Positions 36,813-49,964 of a DNA stretch of 64,000 nucleotides are shown in pieces. Within the stretch, counting starts at the first letter, position 1, and each line of letters begins with the position of its first letter. Made by a program: the position numbers and the translations under genes. Origin of the DNA: Lama glama (Eukaryota); the NCBI GenBank assembly GCA_028534125.1, contig CM052816.1, positions 80,354,001 to 80,418,000 on the forward strand, written 5' to 3'. Below the pieces are notes generated by a model. That model did not search any database. It was not told the DNA's origin and was given only the letters and a program-made list of their open reading frames with translations.

Positions 36813-38689
36813 TTCATAAGGCAAGAGTCTGTTTGTAGCATAGATATGTTGGAAATCATTTTGAAAATGGAATTAAACCAGGAACCAGAGGCATCAAATC
36901 AGCAACTGTCAACAGTTACAGTGTGGGATTTGTTTTTGCAGAAGCTGCAATCTTTTGCAGAAGGCAGAAATCTTTAACGAGTTGTCTTAAAGTTGTGAGG
37001 ACGCCTGCCCTTGGATGTTTTTATACTTCATGTCAACCAACTGCTTTCTTGGTGGGCTGATTATTTTCTGATTATCTTCTCTTTCGAAAAGAAATTTAGT
37101 CATGTAATTAGGCCGGCCTGATGTCAAATTGTGATATAGATCAAACTTGCACTCCAGGTGTCCTGGCCCCTTTTTGCCACTCATCTCTTCGTATCACTCC
37201 TTCCCTCTACCCTCCAAGTGGGTCAGAGCTGTGCTGGGGCTCTCAGGAGCCCTGGTGGGCCAGTGTCTGTCTGCCTTCCTCCTAGATCCTTCATCGTTGC
37301 CCCACAGTGGTCCCACCCTTCCTTCTCCTTGAATCCATCAAAGCTACATTCCCATTGGGTGGCCAGAAATGACCACATCCTCTCTCTGATTTTGATTTCT
37401 ACCCAGTGACCCTGGCCTCTTTCTAGTCTGAGAAGTCTTGCCTACCTTCTTCATACACTGGAGTTTAGGATGCTGACATTTTATTGAGCCAGGGGCAGAG
37501 GTTGGCCAAGGAAGTAATGGAGAGGGCTCTCTGAAAGCCACTGAGGAGCCGTGATGCTGTTGGCCCCCTGGGACGGGTCTGGGCTTTCTATCACTGGTGC
37601 CAAATGGGTTCCTCGGTAAAGCGAGGCTGAATTCTTTAAGAACTGAAGAGAGCTAGTTGACATTAGTGGGACTGGCAAGGGCCGTCCAACTGGGAACTTG
37701 TACTTGCTGACATCGTCGGTCAGCTCAGGGGAATCTTCTCACAGCTGTGTAGGGGAATTGTTTCCAGGGCGTGAGTTCAAGGGAACAGAGAGGCCCCAGG
37801 GGGATCTAATTATTAAGGCTCTTGGGGATTAAAGAAGGCAGGGGCAGCTCGAAGGCCAGGGGTCAGATCCTCTTTCCATGCAGTTCCTGGGAAATCACTT
37901 CTGAACTTTCAGGCAGAATTAGAAGTTGAGGGAAGCGGATAGAGCAGAAAGTCAGTTGTGTGCTGCTTTGGAAAGGTGGGATGGGGAGGTCCGGGCTGAG
38001 TGAGAAGAGAAGAAGAATGGGAGACTTTCCTTCAAAGCTTTAAAAAAGAGCAGTGAGTTTGAAGTATAGGACGAAAGATGTATCCGGTGAAGTCCTTTTT
38101 AACTGGGCAGGGCAGGATGCTTGATCTCTGAGGCCAGGTGCTGCAGTCGGCCCAGGAGTCTTCCCGCTTCTGTTCAGGGAGGGCCAGCGTGGCGAGGCAC
38201 AGCTCACAAGCATGGTCCTTTTAATGAGTTCTTCTCCCATCATTGGCCTAAGGAACTATGCCATTTGTTTATCTCATTGGAATCAATTTTGTGATGAAAA
38301 AGACTTGAAGATGAAGTGGGCATGTGTTGGAATGGAACACATCCAAAGCAGAGTGTGTAATGCCAGCTACTGACGTAACCAAGGCTTACGTGGTGTATGT
38401 CAGCACGACCCTTTCTCTGTCACCACTCCCCCCACCCCCAAGTGGAAAGGAACTCCGGTTTTCAATAGAATAGGTAAGTCAGAGATTAGTAATCATAACA
38501 CATGGGCCAAAGAGGATGTTAAGGGCAATATCTAGTGAGACGGACCCTTCCTGTTACCTCTTCCTTGAGTCACTGCATCCTGCCCTCCTCCAGAGGACCG
38601 TGGGATTACTTCGTCTTTCCAGCCCCACCTACATCCATGTTTCTCATCTTACTTCTACCCGGGGAGGGGGGGATTGTTGAGCAGATGGT

Positions 38690-40130
38690 GTTAAGAGAAC
38701 CTGCTTACAATGTGGAGAAAAGTCAAACTAGAGAATCTCATGCAAATCTGGACCCTAGGTGGATTAAGGACTGAAGTGTGAAAAAAAATAAGAAGTCAAG
38801 AGTAGAAAATGCTGAATACTATTTTAGTGACTTAGTGGTGGGACATATTTCTTAGTAAAGATTCTAATAAAGCACAAATTATAAGGCAAAACATTGGTGA
38901 ATTGGTTATGTAAAATTGAAGATTTCTGAGTTAGCAGGAAAATATTACATTGGGAGATACCAGAAGGATCTGGTATTCAAAAGATACAAGAACTTTCTAG
39001 AAATCAATTTCTAGAATCAATAGCAAATAAAATCTAGAAAATTTTGGGAAACATAATAAAAAATCGGCAAAATATATAAGCAGGAAATTCACAAAAGGAG
39101 AAATCCAAATGGTTAATACATACATGCAGTAACACTTGAAATCATTGATTCAGAAAAATGCAAATTAAAAGAACTAGATAACACTTTATACCTGGGAGGT
39201 TGAAAAAGATTAGGAAGTTGGTGATGTCAAATCTTGGAAGAGACAGAAAACAGGAACCCTTGCACTGTCAGGAGACATTTGAGAAAGTGATCTGATTGGG
39301 AAGGGTAATAGCTCAGTGGTAAAGTGCATGCTTAGCATGCATGAGGTCCTGGGTTCAATCCCCAGTTCCTCCATTAAAAAAAGAAGTTGTAGAGAGAGTT
39401 ATCTGACAATGCGCAGGTGAATTGTCATACATCCTATGACCTACCCATTTTATTCCTGGGTGTATGCTCTGCAGGAATTCTAAGACAAGATGATGAGGGA
39501 ACAACTATGAAGGATGCTTTTCATAGTGCTGGTTTTGGTACTGGGGAATTGAAGGCCAACTTACAAGGATGCATTAATAAAAATGTAGTGGATACATACT
39601 ATGGAATACATACTTTGTAGCAGTTGGAAGGAACTCTCTAGATGTAACCACAGTAAAATGGATAGATCTCAATGAGATAGATCTGAGTAAAAAAAATTAT
39701 TAATAGTGTGGCATACATGGCACAATACTATTTTTTTTACATCTTAAAGAATTATTTTATTTTAGAACACGTAAAATGCAGAGACCATTCCAAAAATTTT
39801 CCCTCAACTGCTTTACTTTTCCTGTCTTTGAAAATACTCCCAACGTTGTCACCTATTCCTACAATTTTTAAACATCTCCCCACCCATTAGCTATAAAATA
39901 AAGTCCTAAGTCTTTAGTCTGACAGTGAGACCTTACCCAAGCTTTTCTAGACCTACCTTTCTCAGTTTCTTTTTTATTGTATTCCTAGAAGACCACGTGG
40001 CACAATACTATTGATGTAAGTTAAACTACATACACAGAACAAGAATTTATATATATATTAAAGGATCTATACACATTCAGATATACATGTCAATCACAAA
40101 CAGAGCAGTTTGCCTATGAGTGATGGGGAG
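38690..40130 (+). mobile_element. Ancient L1 (L1ME/L1M-type) remnant
   Basis: Degenerate ORF2 3' and 3' UTR motifs ('gcaaaatatataagcaggaaattcacaaaaggagaaatccaaatgg', 'catcctatgacctacccattttattcctggg'). Confidence 0.65.
39296..39391 (+). mobile_element. tRNA-Ala-derived SINE (camelid Vic-1-like), short form
   Basis: A-box tagctcagtgg, B-box ggttcaatccc, A-tail; degenerate 15-bp TSD gagaaagtgatctga (39281-39295) / gagagagttatctga (39392-39406). Confidence 0.85.
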
Positions 40131-40147
40131 TGGGGCTCAAAAGGAGT

Positions 40148-40735
40148 TTTTTATTGCTAAAACAAATTGTCACACACTTAGCGAGTTTGGAACAATACTC
40201 ACTTATTAACTGAGTTTTGTAGGTGAGAAATCTGGCACAGCAAGGCTAGGTTCTCTGTTGGGAGTAGCGCCTGTCTGACATCAAGGTGTTTGGTTGGCTG
40301 AGTTCTTGTCTAGAAGCTCTGGGGAGAAGTCTGTCTCTAAGCTCAATTCCTTGTGGTTGTAGGACTGAGGTACCTGTTTCCTTACTGGCTGTAAGCCAAG
40401 GACACTGCCGGCTCCTAGAATCCACCTGCCTTTCTTGCCATGTGCCCCTCATCTCCCCCTCTTCAAATTAGCAATGACACGTCAAATCCTCTTATGCTTT
40501 CCATCTTGATTTCTTCCCCCGTGACAAGCCAGAAAAAAGTCTGCTTTCAAAGGCTTGTGTGATTAGATCATTGCCATTCTGATAGTCTCCATATTTTAAG
40601 GTCAACTGATTTGAGATCTTAATTACATCATTAAAATCCCTTTATAGCAGCACCTAGATTAGTGTTCTATTGAACACTGGGAGAAGCTCTGAACTTCTGA
40701 TAAGGAGTGGGACCATTTGCAACGTCTACCTATCA
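40148..40735 (-). mobile_element. MaLR LTR (MLT1D/E-like)
   Basis: 'tctagaagctctggggagaagtctg...ttccttgtggttgtaggactgaggtacctgtttccttactggctg...aaggtcaactgatttgagatcttaattacatc'. Confidence 0.8.
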
Positions 40736-41930
40736 CGCTGACCTTGGGATCAGAAGTTTTTCCTTTCAGAGTCTGATCTCCTGGAATGAGTTTCACATTG
40801 GTTTGGTTTGTTCATTTAACATTTCTAGCCGGCAAAGACCTCATCCTTGACTTGCTCTGGGAGTCAATATGTCATAGAATGTGCCATAAGGAACTCGATC
40901 TTGCCATGAATATAATGAGCTGCATGCAGTTCTGCTATATAGGAAGCCAACTTAGGCTTATCTAGCTGAAGTCCGTGTTCCAAACATGACAAACACACCA
41001 CGTTCTTGTGAGTGACCTGACTTTGTTTGGCTGCCTCATCTGTTCCCGACAGCCTGCCAAGTGCAGCAGGTGCCTTCCCCCAAGAAGCCGTGGCTGTTAC
41101 TCACCACTGGCTTTGAAGAACAGCTTTTGAGTTACGTTTCCCAGGTCCTCCTAGCCTGGGGCTGTTTTCCTGGCCTTCTGGGTACCCAGTCTTCTTCTGC
41201 TAGTGCTTGCTTGCTTGACATCAGAAATGCAGCCTCCTGACTGTGCAGAGGAAAGATCCTGCCTGAGATGTCAAGGTTTCCTCCAGAGTCCACGCTCAAG
41301 AGTTGCCAAGCAAGTCTACCGTCTGCCTGTCTCTTTTTCCTCAAAGCTGTCCCTTTGGAAATGCATAGAGTAGAAAATACGAGGTAAGGAAAAGAATTTC
41401 TGTAGCCAGAGTGACTTAAGAATCCATCTGTTTACCTCCATTTATCCTGGGAAGGCTATCAGGGATTTAGTTACCTTATGCTAATGCTGTTCATTGCTTG
41501 TGTGCCTTCCTAGAGTAACAGATGAGAATGAAAATGCACATGAAAATCAAAGAAAAAGCCCCCTGGCATTTAGACTTTAGACTTCGTGTTTTCAGTTAAT
41601 TTCTATAGGTTTTAAGGTGTCCCCACATAATTGTGCATGAATGATACAGTATTTTTCTGTGCCCCCCCATCATGACTTCAATCAAAGCAGCTCTGTTTTT
41701 AACTAGTTTATATGTTTATATGTCTGGGTGATTTTTCCTTGAAGTCAAGTGTTCTGAGGACCTAGTGCAAGAATCTTGTTTTCACTTTTGAATGTTCACC
41801 TCTGTTTCACATCTGCTGGCAATCCACAAGTTAGTTTTTGTAAGTAACAGAATGCAAAAGCCTAAACATGAAGCAATCGCTAAGTGTTTATGTGCCAGGA
41901 GTTGTGCAAAATGATGGACATGGATTATAT

Positions 41931-42149
41931 CAGAGGAGAGCAAATTTTGGGGGTAAAGGGTTAGAGAGAAACATTTCATTCTTCGGGGGCCATGTAATCT
42001 CTGTCACAGCTCCTCAGTTTTCCTGTCACAGCGTGAAAGTGGCCACAGACAACGTGTAAAGGAATGGGCATGACTGTGTTCCAGTAAAACTTTATTTACA
42101 AAAACAGGTGGCTTGGTTTGGCCCATGGATCAGGGTTTGCCGACCTTTG
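41931..42149. mobile_element. MER58-type hAT MITE
   Basis: 'gggcatgactgtgttccagtaaaactttatttacaaaaacaggtggc...tttggcccatgg...tttgccgacc'. Confidence 0.85.
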
Positions 42150-44623
42150 AATTACATCATTTGATTCTTATAAGAATCCTATATTTAGGGACTACTATTA
42201 TTAGAAAAAACATTTGGATTTTATGTTCTATTATGGTGGATTGACTAAAAAATAGAATCTTTCTGAGCTACAAGTACAGCGTTCTAGCTGTATCTTTTCA
42301 GCCATTTCTTCAGGATAAATAAGACTGACCTTCCCCTGCTCCTGCCTCCCTGTGACACCCGATCCTGGTGGATGGTGGTCATGTTTGGGTTGTCAGGGTT
42401 GATTCTAAAAGCACTGCTCAGGCCCACTGGTCAGCCTTAAGCAGCTTCCTACTGGGCTGAGAAAGAGCCGTGTCTTAATGAGGGAATGATGCTTACAGTT
42501 TCATAGACTTCAGTTTTTGTGGATGCCTGAGAACTGTTTAATAGCAATCCGTCACGTGCATTATTAAGTTTTAGTACTCACTAGCTAAAATTGGTGAGTT
42601 ACTGGAGCTTACTGTGGCCTCTAATTCAGCATCTTACTAAGAAGCCCAGTTGCCTTGTGATGCTTAACGACGTAGCAGAGGGCCCGTTGTCCTCCAGACA
42701 CCTTGGTGACTGTAGTTCTGCAGTTTTGGGACAGAAGCTTCTTACCAGTTTACCATCAAGGTGCTACTCAGCTGTTTGTATTTGCTACTGGCTTTCATTT
42801 TTAATTACAAATTGCACTTATTATTAATTTAGCTGGTTGTTGCATAATTAACCAAATAATGTGTACGGTACACATTTGCAGCAGGAATATTTTTGACATA
42901 GGCTTTCAAACGATTGGAGGGCCAGGCATCTCTCCATAGGTATTTGTATATGTATGTATACACTGAGCTGAAAATTGGACTGTCCATACCCAATTGTTCA
43001 AACCTATGTGTATAAATAATCTCCCCTCAATCTGCTAGTACTGTTATCACAATTTTTCCATTAACAGTTTTTGAAAAATATGTGAGTTAGGTGAGCAGTG
43101 AATCTTTGACTCCACCAAGTGGACTGCCATTCAAAAAAAAAAAAAAGGTTTCAGTTCCATGGCTCAGGAAGGAAAGCTCTCCTTTTCTGAGCACACTATT
43201 GTGGACCTTATTAGGAAGCACAAATTGAATGTCAATTTTTAGTAGGGGAGAAGTAGAAAAACCAATTTATTTCTTGACTTCCCTTGGAAATTTCTCCAAC
43301 TCTTATCACCAACAGAACATCTAGGCATATACGCATGAGAATATCATAGATTTTCATCTTCTTTCTTTTTAAGAAGGAGCTTTTTTTTTTTTAAACACCC
43401 CCTCACCCAGCTGCCGTCAGACACTTGATATGTTCAAACTCTTCAGCCGTGGCAAGGAAGGGATCTGTTCCATTGTGGCATTTTCTAAGTCCAGTTTTCA
43501 GACGTGACTTATTACTTCTTCCTCAATCAGAATTTGCTGAGCAAAAACCATACATGTAGAATTAGCCATTGGAAATCATCTTGATTTTTTTTTTGCCAAA
43601 ATAAAAACAGTTCCAATTGAATAAAAAATGTAAAGCACTACATTTTGATCAAATAGTTTTATGTAACTAGTTAAGAGCCTTGTATGCTTTTTTTTTTTTT
43701 AAACGCTTCTGGTTTTGTGTGGCTTTTGAACCCAAATCCTGTACGTACAAACTTCCCTCTTGGCAGAGGTTTTGCCGCATTCATTGCTCTATCAGTTGTA
43801 AATCCTCACAGTTTGGCCACTGGCTGAAACTGTCCAGTGAAACGATATAACCAGCCCAGTTTCCCTCCCTGAAGAATTTGGGCTTATAGGTATCATTAGA
43901 TTCTTGGCTACCAACTGGTTTCTTTCAGGTGCTCTGTATTCTTGCATGTGGCCAGGAGGGTTTGTCTGGAATTTCAGTGGGTGACTTGACTCTTTACACA
44001 GATGAAGGGCATTTTCAGCAGGTTTTGTGGGGTCATCTCCGAAGACCTCCTGAAGAGTAACTCTTTGATTGTTTGAAGGGCAGGAAAGGTGGTGCAAACA
44101 GGATCCCTGGTTAGGCATAGTTGATATCGCTCTGGTTTTCTTGGGAGCTCTGTTAGGATATGCTTGCCAGTTACTTTAACACATGGCTCCCAAATCTTTG
44201 TGGCCAATCACAGTAAGTTTTCTTATTCCCACGACAGCCTAGTCTGAATCAGCATCTCTTCTCGATGGCTTTTCTCTGAGAAATGGCTCCCCATCTAGTG
44301 ATGACTCTGGAGTCCAGCCTTCATTGTGTGGCTTTGTCATGTTGGAGTCCTTTACTTCTTCCACCCTGAAAAGCTTTCAAGGTGTGAGTTGAGGATCTCA
44401 GGAGATTTTAGGGGCCAGATGGGAAAGTGTCCTCCTAGTCATGACTGTATAACTTTACAGAGCACAGGATGCTGGGAATGAGGCTGCCCTATGTAGTCAG
44501 AAAGAGGAAATGGGACTGGTGAACATCTAGGCAGGCTGAGCCACAGATACCATCACAGGACCTTTCGTTCCACATTTGTGCTCCTGAACTATTGGCCCGT
44601 CCCTAGAAAGCCATTCTTCAGAA

Positions 44624-45405
44624 TGTTAAAAGATAAACTTAGGCGTATTAAAATTTGGAAGAGTTTAAAACAAAACAAAACAAAACAAAGCAAAAACAAA
44701 CTCATAGAAACAGAGAACAAATGGGTGATTGCCAGGAGAGAGAGGGTGTGGGTAGGGGAGATTGAGGGAAATAGGTCAATGGGATTAAGAGGTACAAACC
44801 TCTAGTTACATAATAAATAAATCACAGAGATGTAATATACAGCTTAAGGAATATGGGCAATAATATTGTAATTACTTTGTATGGTGATGGATGGTTACCG
44901 GACTTATCGTGGTGATCATTTCATAATGTATGCAAATGTCAAATCATTATGCAGTATACCTGAAACTAATATACTATTGTCCATCAACTATATTTGAGGA
45001 TAAAAATAAAAAGAAACAATGAATCAAAAGTATTATGGAGACAGAGAAAAGCTGAGTCAAAATAAAACAATGAGTCATGAAGGCCGAAAAAAAAAACTTG
45101 GAAGAGTTTATTTGAGCAAAAATTCGGTGGAATCAGGCAGCACTGAACCAGAAATGGACAGGAGTGCTCCACTGACGGGGACCAGGGGCGGGGCTTAACA
45201 GAGAAGATGTGGAAGCAAAGAGAGGAAGTTATTTGATTGGCTGTAGCTTAAAGCCTCGTTGGCTGATTGTGACTGGTTGTCCTTAGGTTTCGAGGTCATA
45301 CCTTTGGAACATTTACAGGCTTAGTTTGGTTTGCTTACATGGGCCACCACGGCATTGGAATTCCTTCCCTCAGTCTAACGGCTTCCTTGTTTAATTACTT
45401 TAACA
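44624..45405 (-). mobile_element. ERV-type solo LTR interrupted by a retroposed insert
   Basis: Inverted termini TGTTAAA...TTTAACA; near-TSD agaa/agag; minus-strand AATAAA at ~45107-45112. Confidence 0.75.
44668..45092 (+). mobile_element. L1 3' fragment plus ~75-nt non-L1 extension and poly-A, with 18-bp TSD
   Basis: L1 3' UTR to ~45012, then unique sequence, AATAAA at 45061 and A10 at 45087; TSD aaaa(t/c)ttggaagagttta at 44650-44667 and 45093-45110. Confidence 0.85.
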
Positions 45406-47228
45406 AGAGTGAGCTGACTGGCTTCTCTCCTTAGGCAACCAGGCTTCTCTCCTTTCACTTTACTTCTGCTCTGGATGAAGGCTGAGTGACTTAAAATGGG
45501 AGACTCGGGGTTTTTCAGGCATGTTTATGTTGTTATTGTTCATATGTTCATTATTTTTGTATAGACTAAATTGCCTCATTGATACTTATAAAAATGTAAA
45601 CTTGGGGGCTATTTCCTCTGCTGAAATGAACTGACAGATAGTCTAGACTGTAGAAGGGAGGCTGAGACCCATGGCTTCAAAGGCCGGTGAGACCCATGGC
45701 TCTTCAGTGGGGCTGCTCCAAACCCACAAGTTACCCCACGCTGCTCCCTTCCTCTGGCAGGTGGCTTCATGGGGTAGAGCATAGGAGTTGAGAGCATGGT
45801 CTTGGGTTTCAGTCCTGGGTCAGACACTTGAAGCTGTCTGAACTTGAGGTTTAAGTGAAATTAACCATATAAAGACCTAGCACAGTACCTGGAACATAGT
45901 TCTTAGTATATCTTAGTTCTTGTCAGTATCTGTTGTTACTCAGAAGGAAGAGGTTCCCTTCAGTGGGTAAGTTGGCTCATGACCACAATATGCTTTGGAA
46001 TCTTTAATAATTTCAAACTTTGGAGTTTGGTTTTCTTCATACTTCACCCTTTCTGCCCCAATTCACTCTCACTTTTTTGACCTTAAGATGAGACCTTTGT
46101 CTCATCAGATGACAATATCCTTCTAATTTTTTTAATAGGGTAATTCCTAAACTGACTGCCCAAAGATATATAACATTTTATTTGGCTTGCATATTACTGT
46201 AAATCAACCGGAGCCAGCAGGTGCAGTATCGGGGTTTCTATCTGAAAATGTGAAGTTCCTACTGCTTAAAAAACCCAGAAGATCCTACAACAAACAATAG
46301 GCCTGCATGCCAGCGAGGCCAGAGTCGATGGTGGGGGGTGAGTCTTCCTCTTTCCACACCTGGATAAGTGAGTCCTGTCAAGTTCACTGCAGCCCCCACC
46401 ACTTCCGTATTTCATTTGACACTAAGGCTGAGATGGGACAGTCACCATTTATCATTGTTTTTGTACTTCTGTTTTCTAATTGTTGAGCAATATTGTTTTT
46501 TTCGTGGACAAGTGTATAAAATAGAGAGAGAAACAAAAGATAGACCAATGATATTAAATGTATCAGGAAAATGGGAGAAAGCATAATTCTTTGTAAAAGT
46601 GAAGACCATTCCTGTATCTAAGAATAAAGCATATACCAACTTTGAGAGAATTAAAGCCAGCATGCTTCACTCATTTATATCACCTATTTGGCCCCTGAAG
46701 GTAGTTGAGCTTGATACCTGGGGAGAAAAAGCTGTTAACTGAATATCATTAAGTGCCACAATAGATAGTGCAGTAAATACTATGGGCAGACTGAAGGAGG
46801 GCTTTGTACTTTCCTTGACTGAGTTTAATCATTGTGCGGTGACATCTCTTAACTACAGATGTCTAGAAATTCCCTTTTCATTGGGAACTCAGGGACTTTT
46901 GGAGAGACCATAGAGATGATAAGACTATATGGAATATAGCCTAATTCCCTCATATTCAGATGAGGAAAACTGAGGCCCAGAGGAATAGTAAATAACATCA
47001 CACAACCAAAGCTAGGACTCGAAACATTTGTAAAGACAAAACAGAATGTGACTTGAGGACTCCTAAATTTCATCAAACACATTTGGAATAATAAGTGTTA
47101 CTCTCTTAGGTTAAATAGAGAGTAGACAGTTGCAGCAAATCACAAATTCAGCAATTTTAAATGAAGAGCTGGAATTTAGTAATCCGTGACTTGGTTGATG
47201 GGGTTCCGTTACTATACTGAAAACTCTT

Positions 47229-47384
47229 TAAAAAATGTTTTTGTATTTAAAAATTTTAATTTTTTTAGGGGAAGCAATTAGGTTTATTTTTATTTATTTA
47301 TTTATTTGATGGTACTGGGGATTGAACCCAGAATCTCCTGCATCCTAAGTACACACTCTGCCACTGAGCTATACCTTACCCCCC
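47229..47384 (-). mobile_element. tRNA-Ala-derived SINE (camelid Vic-1-like)
   Basis: Minus strand reads ggggtaaggtatagctcagtggcagag...ctgggttcaatccccagtacc, then (taaa)n, 'cctaattgcttcccct' and an A-rich tail; TSD ata(c/t)tgaaaactctt at 47214-47228 and 47385-47399. Confidence 0.88.
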
Positions 47385-49129
47385 ATATTGAAAACTCTTC
47401 AGTAGAGCTTTTGAAGGAGTGAAGTTGGGTAATCAGGATCTGCAGAGCAAGTTCAGAGAAAAGGAAAGAAGCACTTTGATGGATCTGATAAAAACATGCC
47501 TTGGAATAGCTAAGCCACAGAAGTCTTTCTTTTTTTATTTAAAATTTTAAGTAAAATGTATTTACTGCTTATCAGATTTCAATCACTTTAAAGTTAATGA
47601 GTATTGACAGCGGTAAGGGAGAGGGCACACGGTGTACTGCTGCTTGGAATGGGTTATGGTACAGAGGGCAGTGTGTTAATGCAGATCAAAATGAAAGTTT
47701 ATATGACTCATAAATGATCTAGTGATTCCATTTCTAGGATTTTATTTTCAATCTATGCTCTAAAATTCAGCTACCAGGATATTTACAAAAGCATTGATCA
47801 TAATAACAAAAACCATAAATCACAGACAACCCAAATGCCCAACAAAAGGGAAATGCTCATTCAGAGTATCTTCACACAATGGAAAATTATGGAGTCATTC
47901 TCAGTATCTTGGCGGATTATTTGATGATGAAGAAAAGAATTTGTAATATTGTTAAATGTGAAAAACACCATGATATGAGTCAAAATTTTAAATTATGAAG
48001 CTTGTAGATACTAGTAAAGCTTTAAGAATGTCATTGGTGGTCATTACCAGTATCACCTGATACTGTTTTCCTAATCTACACTTTCCAAATTTTCTTTATA
48101 CTTTAGCAATAACAACTTATAGTTCAGAAGTTAAAAAACCCAGCCCCACAATCAAACTGAAATTTCTTCCCTCAGCTGAAACTGGCTTTAGTTCTGTTGG
48201 CTACAGAAGAGTTTATCATCTCCTCTACCCATTAACTACTTTGCAGACGTCTTAAGATACTGTGCAAGCCAAACGTGATCTACTAAACATATTTTTAAAG
48301 CTGCACATAAAGCCATTCTCTAAGAGGTCCCAGATGGGTCACATGTAAAGCATTCTTAGAAGTGAACAATCCATGTGGCTCTTTCAGTCAATCTCAAAAT
48401 AGTAACAGCTAGATTGTTGCTAGTCTATGTTAAATTTAAATCTACTGCTCTTGTTTCCAAAGAATGAAGTTCTCCCTGAGGAGTGAAGCCCTGACTCTCC
48501 GTATTTTATAAATATCATAAAATGATTCTGGTGATTTCCATTTTTTAATTTCATTTTTTGAAAGAAAACATAGAATATTAGTAGTGTTTGAAGGAATGTC
48601 TGAGACTATATAACCTAGTCTCAAAATTTATAGACGACACAGTTGAGACTCAGAGAAATAAAAGGATTTTCCCAAGGTCACAGTTAGTCCATGCTAGAGA
48701 TGCCTAAGTAAATGTCAGCCCACTCTGGCCAACGGCATCTTGAGGGGGCCTGCACGTGTAATCCACTAATAGAAAGAGTGAAATTATTGCTGTATAATCA
48801 CAAATACAAAATGGCAGCCAGAGAATGGTGACTCTTCCTTTTCCCTTCCCAGCTGGTCAACTTTTAGCTCTGAGTACTTCTCTCTCTGAGCAACCTCCTC
48901 TTGTTTTTTCTACCCCTCTGCCCTGCCCATCCAGGTCAAGAGTAGGAAGTGCATCACCAATGACACTGTTGTGGGATGGTCCCTCAACGCTTGGAGTGGG
49001 AAGTACTTGGGCCTCTCAGATTCTTCTGAGTGGAGCATCTATGCTTTATCATATTAAAAGATTTGTTTAAGTGTCTCAATATAGTACTATAGAATGATTT
49101 CCATGATGTAATATTAAATAAAAAAAAGA

Positions 49130-49259
49130 AGGGGGAGAAAAATTACATGTTTAAAAATATATGAAAACAAACATATGTATGTATGTGCATGATTGGGACA
49201 TTGTGCTGTACACAAGAAATTGACACATTATAACTGACGGTACTTCAATTAAAAAAAAT
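49130..49259 (+). mobile_element. Short L1 3' end
   Basis: 'gctgtacacaagaaattgacacattataactgacggtacttcaattaaaaaaaa'. Confidence 0.8.
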
Positions 49260-49964
49260 AGTGAGACAATTAGAAATCTCTGAACACTGACTAATATCTG
49301 ATAAGATTAAAGAATTATAGTTTATTTCTTTAGGCATGATAATACTGTAGTTATATATTTCTTTTAAAAGAATCTGTATTTTTAGAGACACATAATGAAG
49401 TATTTAGTGATGAAATTATCTGATGTCTGAGATTTGCCACAAAATAATCCAGGGCAAAGGGTAGGGGAAGTGGGTAGAATATGGATTAAATGAGATTGTC
49501 CACAAATTGATAATTGTTGAAAGCAGGTGATGAATATGTAGAGTTTTGTTATATTATTCTATTTTTGTAATGTTTGCTATTTTCCATAGTGAAAAATCAA
49601 AGGACTCCTATTAGGATGTTTAATAAAAAAAAAGCAGGAACTCAAACTTCTTGAGTACTCAGGGCTTCGAGGGGGAGGACTGAGGAGGGTGAAGGAAATC
49701 TCATTCTGTGGTATCATAAATATTTCTTGACTGACAAAATGATAAATTGCAGGTATGAATGAATGGATAACCAGACCCAGTTCTTCTGAGTCTAGTGCAG
49801 GGCAGTCAAGTTCATGTTAGCGCCTCCTGTAAAACATGGACTGAATACCACCTGTAGGCTTCTAGCTTGAGATTTCTTACTTGTTTATTCAAAACTGAAC
49901 TTTGTAGTCCAGGCTCCTTCCTGAGTTTCACATGCTTTGAACTTGCAATATGACTCACCTTGCT

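Noticed and set aside
39298..39375. Possible tRNA-Ala gene
   Set aside because: An A-tail, flanking TSDs, a degenerate cloverleaf and no T-run terminator indicate a SINE, not a tRNA gene.
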